Of a stretch of DNA of 64,000 nt, positions 39,241 to 52,399 are shown one piece after another. Position numbers and translations under genes: made by a program. Source of the DNA: Oopsacas minuta (Eukaryota > Animalia > Porifera); the NCBI GenBank assembly GCA_024704765.1, contig JAKMXF010000344.1, forward strand, positions 2,004 to 66,003, read 5' to 3'. The notes under the pieces are model-generated. The model saw only the letters and a program-made list of their open reading frames with translations. It had not been told where the DNA came from and did not search any database. Position 1 is the first letter of the stretch. Each line of letters starts with the position of its first letter.

Positions 39241-41732
39241 CATTGGTTCCCAACCTATGGGTCGCGAAGCACATTTTGTTGGGTCGCAGGCTATTCTCAA
39301 TACTATTAAAATGTAAACATGTTTGCATTGAAAGTACCATATGTAAACAATATTGACAAGCTAAATTATTGTTATTTATTCTTTCGCGTTTTATATCCTT
39401 GTATCAAATACAGTCTGTTAATGATTGTGTAAATGGTTTGCATATTCTAGGGAGTAGTAGTTATTACATAACCAATTGCATTTGCATGCAACAGTTAATA
39501 ACACAGGCTTACAAAAAATGTTTTGTTGTAGTTGTTTTTATTTTGATCACTGATTTAGACTAATATGAGTACGCTGATTCCGAATCTGAAGCCCATTTTG
39601 CTCCATCAGCACTTAATTTTACAATTTTCAACTTGCAAAATCGCAAAATTGCTAAAATTTCGAAAAATAATGCTTTCATCCTTAAATTGTGGATAATTTC
39701 GAATTATAGTCCCACGCTCACATGGATAATATTATTTTTATACAATATGTTTTAATTAGTTTGACTTGTGTAGAGATGGCGGGTGTATCACGCGAACGAC
39801 CTTACCATGACAAATTCATTGAGTTGGGTTTCTTTTATGTGACAGATCGTGGAGTCCAGAAACCTCAGTGCGTTATTTGTTACGAAGTACTTTCGAATGA
39901 ATCTATGAAGCATAACAAGTTACAACGACACCTGTCCTCCAAACATTCAGCGTACAAAGATAGAGATCGCTCCTTTTTCGACAGGAAGTTAACCGCCCTT
40001 AGAAATACCCGCTTGGATAAACAAGGTAAATGTCAGCAAATCAATGAAAATGCTCTGGAAGCTTCATATCGTGTTTCGTTGCGCATTGCAAAAGCTAAAA
40101 GTCCACACACGATCGGTGTGGAACTGATAATGCCATGTGCTAAGGAAATGGTTTCTCTCATGATCGGAGAAGACATGGTTAGTAAACTCGGAATCATACC
40201 TCTCTCAAATAACACTGTTCATCGCAGAATTTGTGACATGAGTGAAGACACCACTGCACAAAATATTGCTGCTATCAAGGAGTCACTTTGGCACGCAATG
40301 CAGCTGGATGAATCAACGGATATTGCATCATGCGCGCAATTGATAGTTTGGGTCAGATTTATCAAAGATGGTGATTTCGTCGACGAGCCTTTACTGTGCA
40401 AATCATTGGAAACGAAAACTAAAGGTGAGGACATTTTCACCAAAATCGATGCCTTTTACAATAAAGAAGGCCTGGACTTCAATAAATTAATTGGATCAAC
40501 AACAGATGGAGCTCCTCCAATGCTTGGGAAACATTCTGGCTTTAAAGCGAAATTACAGCAAGTGGCTCCTCATACATTTATGATACATTGCATGATCCAC
40601 CGAGAAGCGCTGGCTGCTCGTACAATGCCAGAAAGCCTGATGAACGTTTTTTCTCAGGTGATCAAAATCGTAAATCACATAAAATTGAGTGCTCTAAACA
40701 CGAGGTTATTCAAATTGTTCTGTGATGAAATGGACGCTGACCACATGAGCTTACTCTTCTACACTCAAGTACGATGGCTCTCACGAGGAAACGTTATTCT
40801 GCGTGTTTACGAGCTACGTCAAGAGTTAAAAGAGTTCTTACGCACACAGATGAAGAATGAATGGGTGGCAATGCTCGAGTCCAGTAACTGGCTTGCTAAG
40901 TTGTGCTATTTGAGTGACATTTTTGAACGTATCAATGTGCTGAATCGTACGCTTCAAGGCAAAGACACGAACCTGATGCTCTTCCATGACAAAATAAAAG
41001 GGTTTCTTGCAACACTGGGTTTGTTAAAAGATAAAGTGAGTCGCAGCCGTTTTGTATTATTTCCACGCCTCTCTGTACACATGGAAGAATCCGAAAACAT
41101 CGAAATCGAGCCTCTTTCTTACGAAATTACTGAACATATTCAGTCACTGATTAGTCAATTTGAAAACTACTTCCCCAAGCTCGACGTCCAGTCATTCACC
41201 GTAGCTCGAGACCCTTTCAGTGCACCATTAGACGCCATCACTGACGATGATATCACTGAAGAGGAGCTCGTAAGACTGAAGCAGGATTCCGGAGCGAAAG
41301 CATTATTTCAGTCCGCATCTTTGCACAGTTTCTGGTGTAAAATGCTCCAATCATACCCACGTCTGTCGGAGAAGGTAATGTGGCTCCTAATGCCGTACCC
41401 TTCGACCTACTTATGTGAACAGTCGTTCTCTACAATGGTAGTGATGAAAACGAAGCACAGGAATCGGCTTGAAATAGAAAAGGACATGATTGTTGCATTA
41501 TCATCCACCAAGCCCCGCATTGGAAAACTGGTTGCTGAAAAACAGGCTCAACCATCACATTGATCATATGATACTAATCTTGCTTAGGGTGACATTATCA
41601 ATAATTCGTTGCAATGAATGATAATGAAGTACGTATCATAGTAACATATATGCCTTCGATTTTTTGAGGGGTCGCGCTCTAATGCTGGTTTCTGAAATGG
41701 GGTCGCAGCCAGAAAAAGGTTGGGAACCACTG
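39241..41732 (+). mobile_element. hAT Buster/Charlie element, apparently intact
   Basis: TIRs cattggttcccaacct and aggttgggaaccactg match 15/16. The 8-bp TSD ctctacca is perfect. Subterminal gggtcgc repeats occur at both ends, and the transposase ORF is uninterrupted. Confidence 0.97.
39776..41563 (+). CDS. Buster-type hAT transposase (ZBED5/SCAND3/GTF2IRD2-like)
   Basis: Motifs are the BED finger CVIC...RHLSSKH, QLDESTD, TTDGAPPM, HCMIH, VRWLSRG and YLCEQSFS. The frame is open from 39722. The likely start ATG is 39776 (inference). Confidence 0.93.
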   Translation: MAGVSRERPYHDKFIELGFFYVTDRGVQKPQCVICYEVLSNESMKHNKLQRHLSSKHSAYKDRDRSFFDRKLTALRNTRLDKQGKCQQINENALEASYRVSLRIAKAKSPHTIGVELIMPCAKEMVSLMIGEDMVSKLGIIPLSNNTVHRRICDMSEDTTAQNIAAIKESLWHAMQLDESTDIASCAQLIVWVRFIKDGDFVDEPLLCKSLETKTKGEDIFTKIDAFYNKEGLDFNKLIGSTTDGAPPMLGKHSGFKAKLQQVAPHTFMIHCMIHREALAARTMPESLMNVFSQVIKIVNHIKLSALNTRLFKLFCDEMDADHMSLLFYTQVRWLSRGNVILRVYELRQELKEFLRTQMKNEWVAMLESSNWLAKLCYLSDIFERINVLNRTLQGKDTNLMLFHDKIKGFLATLGLLKDKVSRSRFVLFPRLSVHMEESENIEIEPLSYEITEHIQSLISQFENYFPKLDVQSFTVARDPFSAPLDAITDDDITEEELVRLKQDSGAKALFQSASLHSFWCKMLQSYPRLSEKVMWLLMPYPSTYLCEQSFSTMVVMKTKHRNRLEIEKDMIVALSSTKPRIGKLVAEKQAQPSH

Positions 41733-42670
41733 CTCTACCACTTTCAACCTACGAAAATAATAGCTTGTATTCGTTTTGCACGCCAGTTTAGCTCTATGAC
41801 TATAAGGTTTTGTTAATCTCTCTTAAATATTATGACATATTCGAAGCTAATTGACCGGGTACATTATTTGGCCCACCCTGTATGTGAGATGTGTATTTTC
41901 CAACATATGTTTTGAATGTTATATAATGTAGGTAAAATGAATTTATTTTGCTAGATAAACGTATTGTAGTTTATCGGGTGTGTATAGGAGGACAGTAACT
42001 ACATCTTGGATCTCAAAAATATATATAATGGATCTTTCTCAGTCAAGGTTGGCACCCTCCTTTGAGTGGGACCCGGGGCGGACTGCCACCCCCTTGGCAC
42101 GCCATTGCTCTGAGTGGATAATTTGCAACAATTCACTAGGATAAATCAAAAAATTAAAAATTTCGTAATACAAGGTATTGCTACAAATGCTCATCAAACC
42201 AGGTCAAATTGGCTGGTCACTTGTGATGTATGTCTGAAACCAAAATATGATTTCATTGGAAAAATACAACACATGAATTATGGTAAGATTGGGAATATAT
42301 CAGCGTAAATGTTGTGGAATAGTATACAACCATAATGGCTAATCTTGTATGATTATTTCATATAAATAGCTCAAATTTGCTAAGTAGAATATAGGGAAAT
42401 TCAGCGCATGACGAACGCTCTGCATAGGCTGAAGCCCTACTACCCTACTCCATCTTCTATATGTCGATAGAGCAGTAGGGTTGAAGGGCATTTCCTTAAA
42501 CCTATTGTGCCATAATATCGGTATTAAAGAAATAGAAAAAAAGCGTAAATAATCTGTATGGATTGAAAATTAATAGACAGGGAGGGTAACAGGGATTATT
42601 GAGAGATTGGAATTGTATTAGGTTTTGGGATAATAGAATTAACTGGGAGCAAATCCTAGAAGGGTATAAA

Positions 42671-43456
42671 CAGTGCCCGATTAACCATGAAGCACCTAAG
42701 GCACAGCCTTCAGGGCCCCCAGCCTCTAGGGGCCCACTTATTAAATCTTCTATTGTGCATTAGAATTGTGAAAACGCAGTTTTTTGTTTTGTTAAGACCA
42801 TACTGTAAGCATTGAGTTATTTACATTGAGCTAAAATTTTCATGCTGTTTATTTTTTTAATTTCTGAACAATATTTTTTTGTGAAAGTTTGCGATTAGCT
42901 TTTACAACAATAAATGCATCGTACATATGAAAGTGGGGCTGTAAAACGTAAGATTAAAGCGGAAAAGGCCAGAAAGATGAAGAGCTCAGAAATAAAATTC
43001 CGTGCATAACATTTTTCATGAACGAAAGGGCAACAGCAGAAGTTTCTGATTCTATAGAATTTGCCGTTGCGTTTGCGTCAGAAACAGTTGATAATGAAAG
43101 CATCGAAATCTCTGATCAAAATCACGGATCAAAATGTATCTGAAAAGGTAACGAATGATCTAATTATCACTTCACAGCCTTCACAAGTTGAAAGTACTGA
43201 AACTGCGTGTGTGAACATCGCTAACCATTCAGTAATGATGTAGGAATCTGGCCAGAAAAAATACCCGATGAACTTAAAGATTACTAGTCCTGGAGAGGAA
43301 GCCAAGATTGCCAGTTTCTACAAAGAGAGTACACGAAGTCTGTACCTCAATATGACAATACAAAAATTAGGTACTGTATACAATCAATGTTCTACCGGAG
43401 TTGTATAAATGGTAAAGAAACTATGAGATCGTGGCTTTGTTTCTCTCCTACTACAG
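42671..43456 (+). mobile_element. ZMYM1-type hAT, 5' fragment
   Basis: The terminus CAGTGCCCGATTAA is followed by gggcccc repeats, then YESGAVKRKIKAEK and RSWLCFSP. The fragment ends at a Buster insertion. Confidence 0.7.
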
Positions 43457-43935
43457 CAGGGGTTTTCAACCTTTTGCACCTTACGCCCTCTCTCATTGAT
43501 GTGGGAAATACTCACGACCCCTCATAATAACGATACGAAATTAAATATTAGAGCTTATACTTAATATGACATATAATCATATACATAATTATGAATGAAA
43601 TTTTCATTTGTAAACTTAATGTGAGGGTTGAAACTGTTTTTTTCAACAAGTTGACAAATCCTTGGCTCGGTTTTAGAAAGACAGTATCTTAAATCATGTT
43701 CAACATCCAATCTATTTCGATTTTTCGTTTTAATTGTTAGTAGACTGGAGAAACCTGTTTCACTTAGGTAGGTAGAAGGAAATGGTAGTAGTGCCTTAAT
43801 TGCGATTTGTGATACCAATGGATAGGTGTGTAACATGGAACACGAAAACTGTGGAACACTCATCTTTGAAAATATAGCCTTTGCTCCCGAATCATTAACC
43901 AAATTTATAAATTCCCCTTGGGCATCATCCTGATC
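43457..43935 (-). mobile_element. Buster/Charlie hAT, 3' fragment
   Basis: The terminus CAGGGGTTTTCAACC is preceded by tacTAcag. ORF 43561-43902 contains ALLPFPSTYLSETGFSSLLTIKTKNRNRL. Confidence 0.85.
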
Positions 43936-44604
43936 ATTGGGAGTACAATCTTACACTTTTGCACAAAAGGGTTTCGAACTAAATTATAGTCTGATTTCCT
44001 AATTTCTGGGAATCGACATAATAGACAATTCGCGTGACGTCATAAACCAACTAAAACTTGAAACCCGAGTAACTCAATAACTGATAATAGCTAAAGTAAT
44101 ACTTCTAATTGATGAAGTGTCATATAGGTCAGAATGAACACATTGGACACCATAGTGGAGGTGGTGAAGATAAAGCAAATATTTCAAAAAGTGAGACTCT
44201 GAAAAAATCGACAAAACATGAATCTTTGGACACATTCATAAAATTTTGTATATTTTGCTAAATCATGCCGTAACGGAATACTAGAATGGTCATAACTCCG
44301 TCTATATAACAGATAGAAGAGTACTTCCAAATGATGAAATGTACTAGATATTACAACAGACACATTACGCACGATTATGATGGCGAAACAATTGTGGGTT
44401 AATGATGTCAAAGCAAAATTTTGACATTTCGATAATGGTATAAAAATATTTTATTAATCAACCATGATATCAACCATTCTCCTTTGAAAGTAGTTTATGC
44501 ACATGTGCAAACTGAATTATAATTTTTTTACTCTTTATAGTTGACTCCCTCTTAATTGGGCATTTGTGACAACTCTTTAAGAGCGGTTTACAGGAACGAA
44601 TAGT

Positions 44605-47240
44605 CATAGTTATATACATAATCTAATACTCAAGTATGCCTTTCGGTTATTTACTTACAACAAACATCGGGATATGTGTCCAAATATGTCGAATTCGACA
44701 CGACATTATCTTTATCTTATTATACATAGATTATTCATACTCCTAGATGCCCAACAAGTGTGTTTTTACTGGTGACAAGACAAATTATTTAACTTCAGAA
44801 ACAAGTGAACAGGTCATCAAGTTTCCAGATAATATGGAATTACGAGCGAAGTGGACAAAGTTACCAGTCGAAGGGATTTTCTGCTACGAAATACTCAACT
44901 ATTTGTATAGACCATTTCTCTGAGAAATATCTCGTACGAAATCCAAAACAATTCGATTAAATTATGCTTTCCACCCCATTCCCACTATTTTCTCTGAAAC
45001 GATTGCAAAGAGTCTCGGAGTCATTCTCAAAGTCCAAGTAAAGATCCCAAAGTTCGTATCTATCAACCAAACCAAATGCCATTGTCAAAATCAGTATTTG
45101 AATCCAAATATTTAGATGACGTCGCCAAATTTTCATACAGCTGCAGAATATATAGGTTTCAATGTCGAGAATTGTGGAGAATGTGTGACTGCTTATCGTG
45201 TCGAAATACTTCACAGAATAGAATACAATAAGAATGTATAAGCGTAAAGATTCATTCGAAGTAAAACTTAGTTATGAAAGCACGCCTCTCTCCTTGCCCA
45301 ATATTATCGCAAATGCCAAGGTTCTAAGCTTACTTCTCTCCACATGCTTGTGAATCTACCTTATTACTGTAAAATCAAAGCCCTTCAACTGAGACTGAAG
45401 TAATAAAAGAGCTACTTGATAGAAGTTACTATAGCCCTAAAGGAAGACCACTCTATTCTACGAAAGCCCTGAGATTTGCGTTAATAATGCGATATGTCTA
45501 AAATGCTGCTTATCATGATCTTCGACATTTTATGCCTTATCTAGCTATTCTCTTTTACACAAGTTAAATAGTCAGGATATCGACACTATCAAAACTTTAG
45601 TTACTCTGCCAAATAATAAACAAGTTGGTAATGATGTCATTTTACTTTTGTACGAAAAGTATTTGCAACAACAAGTTTCGTATGATGGCCAGGCACTTAC
45701 TGGGTGTGATTGCAAATTTCAGATGTATCGAAGTATTCTCTGCAACCTGGTCGTGTTCTTAACTTCTTCTTTCCAGTCATGATAAAAGCAGTTCCCTGAC
45801 GAAAATTTCAAAATGATTTCGTTAGCTCTGGGATAATTAGCTGCATTTAAATTCTTATTCAAAATAAGTTTTTCTTCGAGGAATTACATCTCACAACCAC
45901 CCCATCAATGTTAGTTGCTATGGTAAACTATTGACACAATTTCCATCTATGATAAGTTAAGAGTGCATATTAAATCCTTCTGACAAAGAGAAACACATTT
46001 ATCCACTATATATCTACTATACTGTTCATATCATAAAAACAACAGCACAATTTGCTCTCTTTAAAATGTATCAAATTCCTGAATTTACTTTTCAAACAAA
46101 ATTGAACATCAATACTCCACCTAGAACTTTCTCCTCTTCAGCTTTTCATCGCATATACGAAAAGGATATGAATTTGAATGCCCACCTAAAATGCCCCAAC
46201 AATATCATACCAAGTTCTACACCCAGGCAACAACAAACAATCCGTCACTCTTGCACACACTATTTTAGACAGAACAACGTTTTCAGCCATGAGGATTCAC
46301 TTTCAAGAAGATACAACTTCTCCATCTTTTCTTGAATATGTTCATAATTGGTGGCTAATTGTTAGTTCCAAAGATCGCTAACACTCATAAACTGTAGGTT
46401 CAGTTCTCGTTGCGAATAACAGAAAACTTGAATTCTTAAAGTATTCAAGCGATTGGTTCGAAAAATAGATGACGTCTAATACATTTGGATTATCTAAACA
46501 GACGTTTTAGGCATCTATTCAAACAAACCGAGCAATAGCTAACCTGTGCTCAGATCTCTTATCAGATCTGTATTATTATATTTACCTGGTCGTTTATAAA
46601 ATGATTCTTAGAGAGACGCTTCTCCCACTATCATCAGATGTTTGGTGGCCAATTTCTAGTAAGCTTGAGGGAAGTGTATAAAAGTGAATCAATTATCAAA
46701 CTCAAAAGCTTATTAAAATATGATCTTGAGGTTCCAATTAGATCTTTTTGGGAAGAGTCAACTTTCCAAAAATTTTTAAACGATATTCACACTTTGAATT
46801 TTGAACTTGTTTCGCTCTCGGATATCACAAACGAAGTTACAGTTTTTTTTACTGGATATATTTCCCGATCCCTTAAGAAAAAGTTGAAATGAAGTGATTG
46901 TATGATGTTCCTAGGGCGTGAAACAGTTTCAAGCGCTTATTTCGAAAAAGTAAATGGTGGCAAACGGAAACGATCATCTTCTGCTCTCAATTTCTACACC
47001 CAATCTGCCTTTGCTGCTCTGGAGTTAACTGATAAAATGATCTTTCCCAGCAGTACTCCTGAAAAGCTACTTGCCAAACTTGTTCTTGATCAAGCATACA
47101 CAGTATGGGGTACAATTTTATATGTGATATACGCACATGAAAATTCTGGCTTGAATATAACAAATTCTATATTTCTAACGTATTTTCTAAAGTCTCTCAA
47201 AAGAAATCACGGCGATCAAGAGAAAAGAACAGATTTTTGA
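44605..47240 (+). mobile_element. P-element/THAP9-like transposon relic
   Basis: A THAP remnant starts at about 44748 (MPNKCVFTG...TICIDHF...HPIPTIF). C-terminal remnants are ERRFSHYHQMFGGQFLVSLREV and FFTGYISRSLKKK. A putative 5' end is CATAGTTATATAC. Confidence 0.8.
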
Positions 47241-47648
47241 ATTTAATTCAATGCAATTGAATTCCCATAAGTAATGGTAATAATTATTTAGTTAACATCA
47301 TTAGATCATTTTCCGATCATTTGATTATAAATTACGTTACAATATCAAATGGCATAATTTAAAACTAATCAAAAAAGCATAAAGCAAGGTCATTTGAGAC
47401 ATTCAATCGGACTTCTATTTTACCAGTCTTCTCGGCCTCTTAGATAGCCGTGTAATATTGTAAGCCATGCTCCAATTAATAGTGCCACTTTAAACAAATT
47501 CAATCAATAGACTAAGCCGTCCTCACAGGTTGTAATTTTAAATTTTTATAAAATTATTCTTATATTATATCTAAGTAAAAATTTGAGAATAATTATATTC
47601 AGGTCAAAAATTTTTGAAAACATATAGTAACGCAAACCTTCTCCAATA

Positions 47649-48420
47649 CAGGGTATATCAAAAGTGCTGTCGTATAATATATTTGGCTATAACATGTTCA
47701 ATACACAATATAAACTTATACTCTATTTACCAATATAATGTTCTGACCGATTTATAACTTAGCTAATGCGATTAGGCATACCATTTGTCAAATTTTGAAG
47801 AGTCACAGGGTCAATCCCTGACCACACCTTTACCAAATGAATTACGAGGGAATTTATAGTGCTAACTTCGGGGAGTTTACTGAGCTTGTCTGCAAGGATA
47901 GACCATAAATTTCGATCAGATTCAAATCCGGAGAGTTGCCTGGCCAGTTAACCTTCGCCTAGTAGTTTAGCAGGTGTTCGGAACACCAAGTCTGAGTGGG
48001 CTTGGTGGTGCGGGCTGGAGGGACATCTTGCATAAGAATCGATTGGGACATCTTTTTAGTCATAGACTATTCCAAAATAGTGCCAGAATTTGATGTTCTT
48101 CTTATCGCATCCATGCAAGTTCCTTTCAATATTATTTCTCGTTAATACTCTCCTCAACATTGTTTCTGAGGGATTATATGGAGTTCTGAGAGTGCCTGAT
48201 GAGACATCGTCCCCCAAACTTGGATTTTAGTCGGGAATTTAACACATTTGAATGGCTAAACATCGGCCGAACCATGTGACCACACTCGGTCGTTCTGCCT
48301 GTTTGGTGGTACAAATAGTTGAAGGGTGATTCATCGGACCAAAAAACCTCTCCCATACCTACTGAAACTAATTCGGAGTTTGGTTCACAGTCTCTTTGCA
48401 GTCAATCATTTCAATATTCA
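47649..48420 (-). mobile_element. Tc1 (DD34E-type) transposon relic
   Basis: The end is TA|CAGGGTATATC. Minus-strand remnants are VFWSDESPF and PGNSPDLNLIE. Confidence 0.85.
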
Positions 48421-49722
48421 TTAGACACAGGATTGGAAACTTTGGAGGTGACCAGTTCTGATGGACATTATTCCAAAACCGATATCTAAATGCAAAAAAC
48501 GTATGATGTTTCCTCAGGAATCTGATGATAGTATAAGTCTAACATTGAAAGTTAGTAACAGAAGAAGAACTGTGTCACTTATACCCTCGTTGTACAGAAG
48601 TTGTTATATAAAGAAGAGAGTTATACTCTCTTTAAATTTACGCTACCTATCAAACTTGGAAATGACAAATTAATCTTCGTTCGGTGTAAGGCAACTACAT
48701 ATTGTTGATCTTCAATTGATAGAAGCAGCACTGGCGATACTGATTATTGTATCCAGTGTAATAATATACTAGTGTTATTTGAAATACCCAGTTGTAGAAC
48801 TTGTGCATCTACCTAAGTTAATGTTCAGATGTCTTGTATGCTGTAGATAGAATTCTTTCTGGAATGTGGGTAGCTTTTCAGATAAGAAACCAAATCCGGT
48901 TGGTAATTCTGGTGATAAACCAAATAAGTTGCATGAACTCGACCAGTGTTCCGTACTAGCTGGTAGTCTATTGGTATTGATAACGAGAAAGCGAAAGTTT
49001 ACAATGCAACTCTGGGGATCCCCCTCCTCCGAATCTATATAATTACAACAAGATTCAGAGTAGATTACATATTGCAGCTTATGAGGCAGCATACGAAAGT
49101 ATAGCCAAGGCGAAGGAAGAGCTCTAGAAGAGGATTGGTGTTGATCCTACAACCAACTGTATTCATATTCCTGTCTCTTATGACTGCATATTCCAAACCA
49201 AAGTCAGTTATCAGAAGTGCAATATCTCCTGAAATAGCTTAAGTCGCCGCTTATAAAATGGCATACAAAGAGGTATTCAATGTAATAACTATAAATTTAT
49301 AATATAAATAAGTTACACCATGTACAATAATTATCCCTCTTACGACACCGAACTCAAAAAGGGAGAGGAAGGTAATTGAACTTCAGCATCGGCTGAGCGT
49401 TCGTCATTCGCTGAATGAATATAAAATGTCTCCAATCAGGACTATTGATATGAGCGAACTATATATATCTATATTTATCAAGCCAATAAAGTTGCAAAAG
49501 AATAAACAAGTTATAATATATCGAAGTGGAATTTTGATATAGAGTCAAATTAATGAATATTAAAATATAAACATATTTAGTAAATATGGATTTTATCTGA
49601 CATTAATATTTGGAACCAAAATCCTGTACATATGGTTAATAATTAGTTCATTTGGAACTTTGGACCAGGGATAATACCCATAACATACGTTTGCTATTGC
49701 CGAATAGGGAATTGTTCTAAAG

Positions 49723-51794
49723 CAGTGGTTCTGAAACTTTTTAGTCCTGCATACTCCTTTGTCCCTGGATGAAATGCCACGTACCCCTAGTTAATTAGTC
49801 TGTCAGTTTATATTATATCTTGTTAATTTCCAAATCTAAGCGATAAACAAACATCTAGAATCTAATCAAACTAAGCTATAAATATACCTGGTAAAATTAA
49901 TGTGAACACTGCTGTTGTCCCTCTGCAACTAATAGATCTATCCTAGGCGATGTATTTGAGAGAGCCACACGCATGTTATGTGTGACATTTATCTTGTAAC
50001 TCGCATTGGTCTTTATTGTTACGAGCACAGAAAAGCCTGACTCGCAGAGATATGTTGCAACAAACGGAACTATAACCTGAAATGCTCGTTTCACTAATGT
50101 GGGATACGCCTGCATCATTTTGCACCAGAATTCATCGGGTTCCATTGTTTCAAAATCCTTAAGAAGCTTCTGATTATTACGTATGTCAGTTCGCTTATCT
50201 TTCGCCAAATCATTATTGAAAATTTGTTTGAGACTTACTGAGAATGGGAACCTCACCCAAGAGTCGAATGCAGATAGGCTATCCCCAAATATCCTTCGAA
50301 ATTGAATCTTAAAGTTTCAAGATGTGCAATAACACTTGTTTGAATACTTTGTCTCATTGTATGATCTGGATTAGATGTAATCTCGTACAAGAGAGGAAAA
50401 TTCGTAAAACTACCAGTAAGACTCCTCGTCTCAAAGAGTCAGTTTTTCTTGGAATGATTTTATCTTTTCGTCCGCTTCCAAAATCGTTACACCTCTTCCT
50501 TCGAGTGATATATTCAATGAATTCAATATGCCGAAAATGTCAGCAAGATATGCCAGAGAAATGAAAAAAAATCGGGATCCTCGAAATACAGGAGAAAATC
50601 TAATTTTTTTCGCGTAAGTGCATCTCTATCGATTCACGAAGCTCAAAAATCCTTGCCAAACCTTTCCTCTGGAGAGCCCGCGTACTTCTGTATGTAACAA
50701 AATAACTTTGTGTTCAGAATTCACCTCTTGACACATCGTTTTGAACACACAGTGACTTAATGTTCTGACCCTGATAAAGTTGACAACTTTAGTCACAATC
50801 TCTCAAACCGATTTAAGACAACTAGGAAGTGTTTTTGAAGCTAGTGCATGCTGATGAAGAATGCAGTGACTCGAAACTACATTCGAGTTAATCCTTTTGA
50901 CAAGGGAAGTGAAGCCAGATCTCTTTCCTAACATAACTGGAGCACCATCAGTACAAATAAACCCCACACAGTCCCACGAAAGAGTGTTAGAATACAAAAA
51001 TTCATTCATAATAGTAAATACATCCCACTGCTTTTGTTGTTTAAGCTGATCACAAAAAGAAATTCACCTTTAATACCGTTCTGATACACATATCGGACAT
51101 ATATGATAAGTTGAGCACAATTTGAGACGTCAGTTGTTTCATCCAACTGCAAAAGCTAATTTTCCGGGCTTGCTTTGATTTGCTCCACTACTTGTCTGAT
51201 GCTCTCTAGTGACATGTCTCTAATTCGGCCATGAATCGTATAATTCGTAAGAATCTGCGCAATTTTTTGTCTTGCATCATTACCACACACCAACTCTACC
51301 ATCTCAATAGCACATGGTTTTATTAGAGTCTCTGCAATAGTATGCGGCTTCTTCTCCTTTGCAATTCTTAATGCCACCCAAAAACTTCCCTTTAGCTATT
51401 GCTTATTTTTGGGACATATCCATAAACGTCGAGTGTGCCACTTAATCCGAACCTTGTAAGTCCTCAGCGTTTTCGGTATGGAGAGCTCGAAGGTGTTCTT
51501 GAATCTTTAGACAGTTTCATCAAGCCATTACTAGATATTTTCTAGCAAAGTAGGCACTGTGGTTTCTGAATATCATCGTTGTCTACAATGAATGTGAAAC
51601 TGTATCCTATATTTGAATCTTTGTAAGAGCGTTCTTTGACATGATAAATCTAAGGAATTTTATTTAGAAGAGTTTAGACAATATACAATCAAGGAAGTAA
51701 AATCAATGACTCAAATATATATGTATCTCAGGTACCCCTGGGACAGGTCTCGGTACCCCTTAGGGGTACGTGTACCTCCGGTTATGAACCACTG
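49723..51794 (-). mobile_element. hAT Buster/Charlie element, decayed
   Basis: TIRs are cagtggttc and gaaccactg, with flanks ttctaaag and tcctaaag (7/8). Remnants are ALRIAKEKKPHTIAETLIKPC, CTDGAPVMLG, HCILHQH and VPFVATYLCESGFS. Confidence 0.92.
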
Positions 51795-52399
51795 TCCTAA
51801 AGGTAATTGCAAACTGGACGGTATGAATAAGATATCCATTAAATTGGACGACAACTATAGCAAACGAAAAACTCTCTTTCCTAAAATTACTTTTTGAAAG
51901 AAATTGTTATATTCCCTTACATTGGCTATCCTTAAAGAAATATTTCAATAATTTAGGTTAATGTTGTGTTAATGGATCATTTGCGCATAATTAACATTAA
52001 ACCGCCAATAAAAATGTCCCAATGTTGGCTGTTCTAAATCAGATTAGTGCATCCCTACTCACTTTAGGTAGTTAGGATGATAGAAAGATATATAATATAT
52101 TTCTTCATTATTTATAATACACTCCAAATATATAGATACTCTAATAGTACACTCCAAATACACACATATATATGTTTTAGTTATTTTAAGAAACTAAAAA
52201 ATTTGTTCTACCTGTAACATAACTGTACAAACAGTTGTTCAAAATTGTTTATTCGTTCAATTTGTTATTTTTGGTCCTGCTATCAAATCTAGAGATAATT
52301 TCCTTAAGTATAAATATTACATAACACAACTATTGAATCAAATTACCTGAAATTCACTTTCTTGTAAAATGAATTCTTCTGTTTTAGAGAAAATACTGT

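Larger units (their letters stand above)
38805..41880 (+). mobile_element. Tc1/mariner-type deletion derivative hosting the intact Buster element
   Basis: An HTH-like remnant at about 38990-39150 reads SRIHGWIKKYQTERAVKNLNNKSEGRASHPG. The right end is ggcccaccctg|TA and a possible left end is cctgggtcggccc. Confidence 0.45.

Noticed and set aside
50260-50690. Captured filler DNA inside the Buster element
   Set aside because: The minus-strand translation (NSLNISLEGRGVTILEA...) is ordinary Buster transposase sequence.
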